42,907 nt of DNA from a virus (Duplodnaviria; Caudoviricetes): the IMG/VR virus record IMGVR_UViG_3300020403_000024, positions 1 to 42,907 of that record. One strand, 5' to 3'. The translations under genes and the position numbers were made by a program. Below the pieces are notes generated by a model that was given only the letters and a program-made list of their open reading frames with translations, did no database searches and was not told the origin of the DNA. Below, piece after piece: positions 38,021-42,907 of this stretch. Within the stretch, counting starts at the first letter, position 1. Each line of letters begins with the position of its first letter.

Positions 38021-38169
38021 TGGCAAGACGAGGTTTATACGCGAATATCCACGCCAAGAGGAAAAGAATCAAGGCGGGGTCAGGCGAGAAAATGAGGAAG
38101 CCGGGAAGCAAAGGCGCACCGACTAAAGCTAATTTTAAGAGAAGTGCGAAGACAGCAAAGAAGAAATGA
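38020..38169 (+). CDS. highly basic 49 aa protein (not in ORF track)
   Basis: TAATG coupling; MARRGLYANIHAKRKRIKAGSGEKMRKPGSKGAPTKANFKRSAKTAKKK. Confidence 0.75.
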   Translation: MARRGLYANIHAKRKRIKAGSGEKMRKPGSKGAPTKANFKRSAKTAKKK

Positions 38170-38279
38170 ATATAGACTTATGGATACATTTGATTACTGC
38201 TGTTGCTGTCGTACTGAATACCACAATTAACGTAATCCTTTATAGAGAGAGGCGAAAGAAATATGGCAAACAAGAATGA
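38166..38279 (+). CDS. 37 aa single-TM protein (not in ORF track)
   Basis: ATGA coupling; MNIDLWIHLITAVAVVLNTTINVILYRERRKKYGKQE. Confidence 0.6.
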   Translation: MNIDLWIHLITAVAVVLNTTINVILYRERRKKYGKQE

Positions 38280-38469
38280 AGGGGCATTTTCGGAAATAGG
38301 CGCTAGCCTTTCCTCTGTATGGTCTTACGCATGGAAGAACAACAACAAGCGTGACCTAAGTTTCATGCGCCAATCGAACTATCAACAGAAAACACAGACA
38401 ACTGGCATCCCTAAGTGGGCGCAAGATGGCTGGAACTACATGACAAACGTGGGGAATACTAATGACTGA
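38263..38469 (+). CDS. hypothetical protein
   Basis: GAGG RBS; overlaps both neighbours. Confidence 0.6.
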   Translation: MANKNEGAFSEIGASLSSVWSYAWKNNNKRDLSFMRQSNYQQKTQTTGIPKWAQDGWNYMTNVGNTND

Positions 38470-38680
38470 TACAAAAATACTAAGAGACAAACTACTCAAC
38501 AGGCTAGTGGTCCTGGTTGAAGAGGATGAGTTGTCACCATCGATGGTATCAGCCATGACTAACTTTCTAAAAACCTTCCCACCTTTCGAGGAACTGGAAG
38601 ATTTGCCTACAGCAAAGAAGATATCCGAAAGTTTGAAGAAGTATCAGAACGTCATGCCTTTTGATCAGGGGAGTGCATAA
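38462..38680 (+). CDS. terminase small subunit (gp18-like)
   Basis: LLNRL...SPSMVSAMTNFLK resembles the gp18 helical core; size and position. Confidence 0.65.
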   Translation: MTDTKILRDKLLNRLVVLVEEDELSPSMVSAMTNFLKTFPPFEELEDLPTAKKISESLKKYQNVMPFDQGSA

Positions 38681-39021
38681 TGGCTGAATCAGGATTAGGT
38701 GATGGCACTGGTGGTAAACCCGCCAAAGTACAAGTCATAGACCCTATGTCCATAAAATCACCAGCGAAAGCTGCGGCACAGAAAACGACAAGCTATATGC
38801 AAGCACAAGCATCGGGCTCGTCTGGCGCTAAAACGTTGTCTAACAAAGGCGACAGTGAGGCAGTGTCTAGTGCAAAGGACGCAATGTTACCGCGCCAAGA
38901 AGAAGAAGCGGTGGCTGGTGTTGTTAATGGTGTAGGTGCATTCATTGATGGTTATAAACGAATTAACAAAAGACGGTACACCGCTAGAGGCTCACGACCG
39001 TCACTATTAGGACAAAAGTAA
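38680..39021 (+). CDS. hypothetical low-complexity protein
   Basis: GGGGAG RBS, TAATG coupling, abuts terL. Confidence 0.65.
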   Translation: MAESGLGDGTGGKPAKVQVIDPMSIKSPAKAAAQKTTSYMQAQASGSSGAKTLSNKGDSEAVSSAKDAMLPRQEEEAVAGVVNGVGAFIDGYKRINKRRYTARGSRPSLLGQK

Positions 39022-40872
39022 ATGCTTGACCCACTAAAACTTGACGGAAAACCACATTGGGAAACGACGTTCCCTCAAGAAGTGTGGGCTGCATATACTG
39101 ACTTTAGAAACTTTCTGTACCTTGTCTGGCAACATCTGGGGCTACCAGAGCCAACCAAGGCGCAATACGAGATTTCTCATCGGTTGCAACATGGTGTAGA
39201 TAGCGCAGAACTACGCAATGGCGTAACTCTAGAAGGGCCGCGTGAGGACATCATTCGGTGCTTTCGTTCCCTTGGAAAATCATACATCACGTCTGCATAT
39301 GCCATATGGCGACTGATGAGAAACCCACGCGACGAGAAGATACTTGTCGTATCAGCTACCGGAAGTAAGTCGAAAGAATTCGTAGCGCAGACTAAAGGCA
39401 TCCTAGAGAGCATGGAGTTAGTCCAATGGTTGCTCGAAGGACCTAGAGAGTCAGGCGCTAACAGACGTGACATGGCAGACCAGTTCGACGTGGCTGGCGG
39501 TTCACTGTCGCAATCGTACAGTGTCGCCGCGCGAGGCATCACTGGTCAGATAACAGGTAGTCGTGCAACGCTGTTGATTGCCGACGACATAGAAGTGGAA
39601 CGTAACAGTCTTACTGAAGAGGCTAGGCAACGGATAGTTCGTATCATTCAGTCTGACTTCGTTCCTATTACTAAGACAGAACACGGTAAGGGTGACATCA
39701 TCTTGCTAGGCACACCGCAAACTGAAGAGTCGGTGTACAACAAGTTGGTAACAGAGATGGGCTTCCGGTGCTTTACGATCCCGGCAAGATACCCAACGCC
39801 TGATAAGCTGAAGAATTACCTGATGACCGACAACCAGACAGGCAGAGAGGTCGATATACTTGCGCCGTATCTGGTAGAACAATTCGAAGATGAAGAGTTG
39901 CAGTACGGTCAGACGACAGATAGTCGTTTCGGTAATGATGAATTGATGAAGATTGAGGCTAAAGGACGTGCCTCATTCGCACTACAGTACATGCTGGACA
40001 CCAGTTTGTCAGATGCGGAACGTTATCCGCTGCGCCAGCATGATCTAATCGTTATGTCATCTAACTTGTTCAAAGCACCGCTGACGATACAGTGGGGCAG
40101 ACACAATGATAAACATAACTATATAAAAGACATCCCGAACTTAGGGTTCTCTGGTGACCACTTACTGCGACCTTTGTTTGTTGACAGTGATTGGGAAGAG
40201 TACGAATCCAAAGTTCTGTTCGTCGATCCATCTGGTAGAGGTGCAGACGAGACAGCATGGGCTATTGTCGGTGTGTTAAACGGTATGATGTACCTGTTGC
40301 ACGTCGGCGGTCATGCGTCAGATCCGGCTGAAGCTATGATGATGATTGCACTGGACGCAAAGAAATACGATGTACACACCGTTGAGGTCGAGCCCAACTT
40401 CGGGCAAGGCATGTGGATCACTGCGTTTCAACCTATGTTGAATAACGTGTGGCCCGGCGGTTGTACCGTCGTTGAATCAGAGTGGGCTAAAGGACAAAAG
40501 GAACAGCGTATCATCGATACACTAGAGCCTGTCATCAGCGCTCACAGACTTGTCGTAGACGAGGACTTAGCAAGACGAGAAGCTAGAGCAGATGACCATA
40601 GGTATTCACTACTATATCAATTAACCCACATAACCAGAGACAGAGGCTCTCTTAAACATGACGACAGACTAGACGCCCTTGCCGGGGCGGTGGCTCACTT
40701 CATGCGGTCTATGGCACAAGATGTCGATGAGGCTGCACAGGGTGTGCGCGACCAGCGTCTAGAAGATGAGATCGAAGACTTCCTAGAGTTTATGACAGCG
40801 GGAGCAAGGCTCAATCGTGGTGTCCGTCGTAACGGTGAGAGAACTGAAGTCTGGATGTCAGATAGGAAATAA
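39022..40872 (+). CDS. terL: terminase large subunit (gp19-like)
   Basis: FRSLGKSYIT, GITGQITGSRA, IADDIE, LGTPQ, VDPSGRGADET, HDDRLDALA. Confidence 0.96.
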   Translation: MLDPLKLDGKPHWETTFPQEVWAAYTDFRNFLYLVWQHLGLPEPTKAQYEISHRLQHGVDSAELRNGVTLEGPREDIIRCFRSLGKSYITSAYAIWRLMRNPRDEKILVVSATGSKSKEFVAQTKGILESMELVQWLLEGPRESGANRRDMADQFDVAGGSLSQSYSVAARGITGQITGSRATLLIADDIEVERNSLTEEARQRIVRIIQSDFVPITKTEHGKGDIILLGTPQTEESVYNKLVTEMGFRCFTIPARYPTPDKLKNYLMTDNQTGREVDILAPYLVEQFEDEELQYGQTTDSRFGNDELMKIEAKGRASFALQYMLDTSLSDAERYPLRQHDLIVMSSNLFKAPLTIQWGRHNDKHNYIKDIPNLGFSGDHLLRPLFVDSDWEEYESKVLFVDPSGRGADETAWAIVGVLNGMMYLLHVGGHASDPAEAMMMIALDAKKYDVHTVEVEPNFGQGMWITAFQPMLNNVWPGGCTVVESEWAKGQKEQRIIDTLEPVISAHRLVVDEDLARREARADDHRYSLLYQLTHITRDRGSLKHDDRLDALAGAVAHFMRSMAQDVDEAAQGVRDQRLEDEIEDFLEFMTAGARLNRGVRRNGERTEVWMSDRK

Positions 40873-40873
40873 T

Positions 40874-41281
40874 ATGTATTCATTATCCCAGCGCTCACTA
40901 AAGAAACTTGACGGTGTACACCCTGATTTGGTGGATGTCGTGAAGAGAGCAATCGAAATTACAGAGATAGACTTCGGTGTGTCTGAAGGTATGAGAACCT
41001 TAGAAACGCAGAAGGAGTATCTCGAAAAGGGTGTTACTACTACGCTGAAAAGCCGACACCTTACAGGTCACGCAGTAGACTTGTTTGCGTATGTTGGACG
41101 ACAGGCACGGTGGGAAATGCCACTATACGAGAAAATCGCCAGTGCAATGAAGCAAGCTGCTTACGAACTGAAGACACCCATCGAGTGGGGTGGCGATTGG
41201 ACTACATTTAAGGACGGACCACACTTCCAATTGTCGTGGGGTAGCTACCCGATTAACGAAGTGGAAGGGCATCCTGTCTAA
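40874..41281 (+). CDS. endolysin, M15 family (L-Ala-D-Glu peptidase-like)
   Basis: SRHLTGHAVD (SxHxxGxAxD), EWGGDW, DGPHFQL. Confidence 0.92.
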   Translation: MYSLSQRSLKKLDGVHPDLVDVVKRAIEITEIDFGVSEGMRTLETQKEYLEKGVTTTLKSRHLTGHAVDLFAYVGRQARWEMPLYEKIASAMKQAAYELKTPIEWGGDWTTFKDGPHFQLSWGSYPINEVEGHPV

Positions 41282-41292
41282 TTTCATAAATC

Positions 41293-41362
41293 GCCGTACA
41301 GTGGTCTTGTGATCTCTGTAGTAGGTAAGTAGCGCATAAGGCTATTAAGGCTACTGTACGGC
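41293..41362 (+). promoter_or_regulatory. 17-bp RNA stem upstream of the tmRNA-like gene
   Basis: GCCGTACAGTGGTCTTG pairs with TAAGGCTACTGTACGGC; the three non-Watson-Crick positions are all G-U; 36-nt loop. Confidence 0.7.
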
Positions 41363-41379
41363 TCTTAAAACGCGATACA

Positions 41380-41460
41380 GGGGATGATTAGGGTTAGACA
41401 CTCCGTAAAGCCGTGAGGAAACGGTTGTGGACTCCGGTTCGACTCCGGACATCTCCACCA
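41380..41460 (+). ncRNA. minimal tmRNA-like RNA (tRNA-like domain only)
   Basis: Acceptor GGGGATG/CATCTCC with G3-U, ACCA end, T arm TCCGG-TTCGACT-CCGGA, unpaired D-loop ATTAGGGTTAGA, GAC linker, short P2 helix capped by CC-GTGA-GG. Confidence 0.85.
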
Positions 41461-41780
41461 TTTTCAAAAATTGCCATCAATTCGTATGGGGGCTTTTTTG
41501 CCAAATCGCAATTGAGTTCCCCCCGGCGCCCGGCATCGACTGGTCCAGGTTTTGCGCGGGAAAAAACGCCGACAAAATCCAGCGCGCCGACACGTTGCCG
41601 ACACGTTGCGCCGGTCGGTCGTTTTGTTTCGTTGTTTTGCTAGTGTTTTGCGTCGTGGTTCATCATGTTTCCTACATGATATCGACCGCAAAACCTAAAA
41701 GCTGCGCGCGTATATGGCGGTTTTCTGCGGTTTTCGGCGTCGTTTTGAATTCGGATAACACCGACGCGAACCACTGTTTT
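41461..41780. other. non-coding genome end/start junction (probable terminal repeat region)
   Basis: Between the last late gene and the early promoter; homopolymer tracts; tandem GCCGACACGTT x2 at 41586-41607. Exact termini cannot be seen. Confidence 0.55.
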
Positions 41781-41789
41781 TTTAAGCGC

Positions 41790-41817
41790 TTGCAATACGC
41801 GGTCAATTTGATATTCT
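41790..41817 (+). promoter_or_regulatory. host sigma70-type early promoter
   Basis: TTGCAA-16 nt-TATTCT with TG extended -10 and an upstream T tract, just before the first early gene. Confidence 0.65.
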
Positions 41818-41854
41818 GACGTTATCAAACGTATGACAAAAGAAAGGTTACATC

Positions 41855-42616
41855 ATGCAAAATAAAACTAAATCATCAATCATCTATCGTGGCGCTAGCC
41901 TAATCGACGGCGCGCCTATTGTCGTCGTGGCGACGGTTTCAAGTAAAAACCGCAAAACCGGTGACATGATACAAACTTACATTTTAGCGGATAACGGCGC
42001 GTCGCCTTGTGAGAATTCTAAAACCGGCGCGGATTATTCCATTTGCGGAAATTGCGTTCATCGCGGAAAGGCGACCGACGACCCAAAACGTAAACAGGCG
42101 GTCGGTCGGTCGTGTTATGTTGTGATATCACAAGGCGCGACTATTGTTTGGAAAACCGTTCAGCGTGGCGGTTATCCGGTCGCAAATAATCATCAATCAA
42201 TATCTGCAATTGGTCGCGGTCGTATGGTGCGATTAGGTACATACGGCGACCCAAGCGCCGTACCATCGTTTATTTGGGAAAGTCTAATATCCGACGCGCT
42301 AGGTCATACCGCCTACACTCATCAAAACGATATCAAAAGCGCCGACGTTCGAACCGACCTATATATGACAAGCGCCGACACGCTATCACAAGCGCGCGAC
42401 GCGTGGCGACGTGGCGAACGTACTTTTAGAGTGATAGAAAAACTCGACGACCTATCAAAAGGCGATGAAATCATATGTCCAGCTAGCGACGAGGCTGGAA
42501 ACCGCACAACGTGTTTAAAATGCGGATTATGCGCCGGTGCTAGCGTAAAGGCTAAGAATATAGCAATCGTGGTGCATGGCGCTGGCGCGGGTAACCTATC
42601 CGAAAATTTACAATAG
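41855..42616 (+). CDS. first early gene, Cys-rich putative Fe-S/Zn protein
   Basis: GAAAGG RBS; CGNC...CYV, VRLGTYGDP, YTH, CPAS...CLKCGLC...VHG. Confidence 0.8.
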   Translation: MQNKTKSSIIYRGASLIDGAPIVVVATVSSKNRKTGDMIQTYILADNGASPCENSKTGADYSICGNCVHRGKATDDPKRKQAVGRSCYVVISQGATIVWKTVQRGGYPVANNHQSISAIGRGRMVRLGTYGDPSAVPSFIWESLISDALGHTAYTHQNDIKSADVRTDLYMTSADTLSQARDAWRRGERTFRVIEKLDDLSKGDEIICPASDEAGNRTTCLKCGLCAGASVKAKNIAIVVHGAGAGNLSENLQ

Positions 42617-42629
42617 AAAGGCGGGAATA

Positions 42630-42755
42630 ATGCTTATTCATGAAATTATATTATTGGCGCTTTATGCGCTATTTGCGGTCGGCGTGTTAGCCTTTTGGAT
42701 TGATTGCGCGATTGCAGATATCACAAGGCGCAATAATCGACGCATAAACAGATAA
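42630..42755 (+). CDS. 41 aa single-TM protein (not in ORF track)
   Basis: GAAAGG RBS; MLIHEIILLALYALFAVGVLAFWIDCAIADITRRNNRRINR. Confidence 0.6.
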   Translation: MLIHEIILLALYALFAVGVLAFWIDCAIADITRRNNRRINR

Positions 42756-42757
42756 AA

Positions 42758-42822
42758 GGCGAAACCGGCGCGCTTATAGCGTGTCGGTCGTTCACGCGTT
42801 GTGGCGTGTTCCTGACGATGCC
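42758..42822 (+). ncRNA. type II hammerhead ribozyme (variant)
   Basis: GGC-GAAA-C[CGGCGCGCT/TAT/AGCGTGTCG]G-TC-[G,TT,CACGC/GTTGTG/GCGTG,TT,C]-CTGACGA-T-GCC; GUC cleavage after 42789; intergenic. Confidence 0.82.
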
Positions 42823-42851
42823 AGCATGTATCGATAAAGAAAGGCTAGAGT

Positions 42852-42907
42852 ATGTCTAGAACGTATAAACAGGGGCTCAATGTCCTATCATTATTTGACG
42901 GCGGGTC
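42852..42907 (+). CDS. C5 DNA methyltransferase N-terminus (3' truncated)
   Basis: MSRTYKQGLNVLSLFDGG is motif I (SAM binding); GAAAGG RBS; presumably the same gene as 1-750. Confidence 0.85.
   Translation, partial: MSRTYKQGLNVLSLFDGG

Noticed and set aside
37878-38126. Track ORF 37878-38126
   Set aside because: Shadow frame of two coupled basic ORFs (37904-38020, 38020-38169) with better initiation signals.
41380-41460. Canonical tRNA gene
   Set aside because: No D-stem, position 8 is not U and there is no 5-bp/7-nt anticodon arm; the layout fits a tmRNA tRNA-like domain.
41413-41828. ORFs 41413-41643, 41427-41819 and the minus-strand ORFs here
   Set aside because: They overlap the RNA gene and terminal region, lack an RBS and have no protein-like motifs.
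429-42507. Minus-strand ORFs throughout the track
   Set aside because: Nearly all lie antisense to well-supported + strand genes in a unidirectional genome; none shows recognisable motifs.
42852-42907. Direct end-to-start join or MTase pseudogene
   Set aside because: Motifs IV (PC) and VI (ENV) are on neither side, which is best explained by a few hundred unsequenced bases at the window edge rather than gene decay.
1-42907. Integrated prophage with host flanks
   Set aside because: No bacterial housekeeping genes or attL/attR pair; both edges fall in a phage gene.

Overview
Near-complete genome of a T7-like podophage (Autographiviridae-type gene order), all real genes on the + strand, shown circularly permuted. 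The early region starts at ~41790, runs off the window end inside a C5 cytosine methyltransferase gene and resumes at base 1 with the middle of that gene missing. Gene order: early genes, tyrosine integrase, single-subunit RNA polymerase, SSB, RusA-like resolvase, primase-helicase, HNH, PolA, exonuclease, DUF3310, MazG-like protein, class II RNR, portal, scaffold, capsid, tail tubes, internal virion proteins, four tail-fibre genes, holins, small basic proteins, terminase, M15 endolysin. A marine proteobacterial host is only an inference. The notable content is non-coding: (1) an 81-nt RNA at 41380-41460 that folds as a complete tmRNA tRNA-like domain (G3-U alanine pair, ACCA end, no D-stem) with the whole mRNA-like domain absent, preceded by a 17-bp G-U-containing stem; (2) two type II hammerhead ribozymes (42758-42822 and 951-1020) bracketing the methyltransferase; (3) CCWGG occurs only where it overlaps GGWCC (12 of 12 sites by manual scan). 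All counts, folds and family assignments were made by eye, with no database searches.
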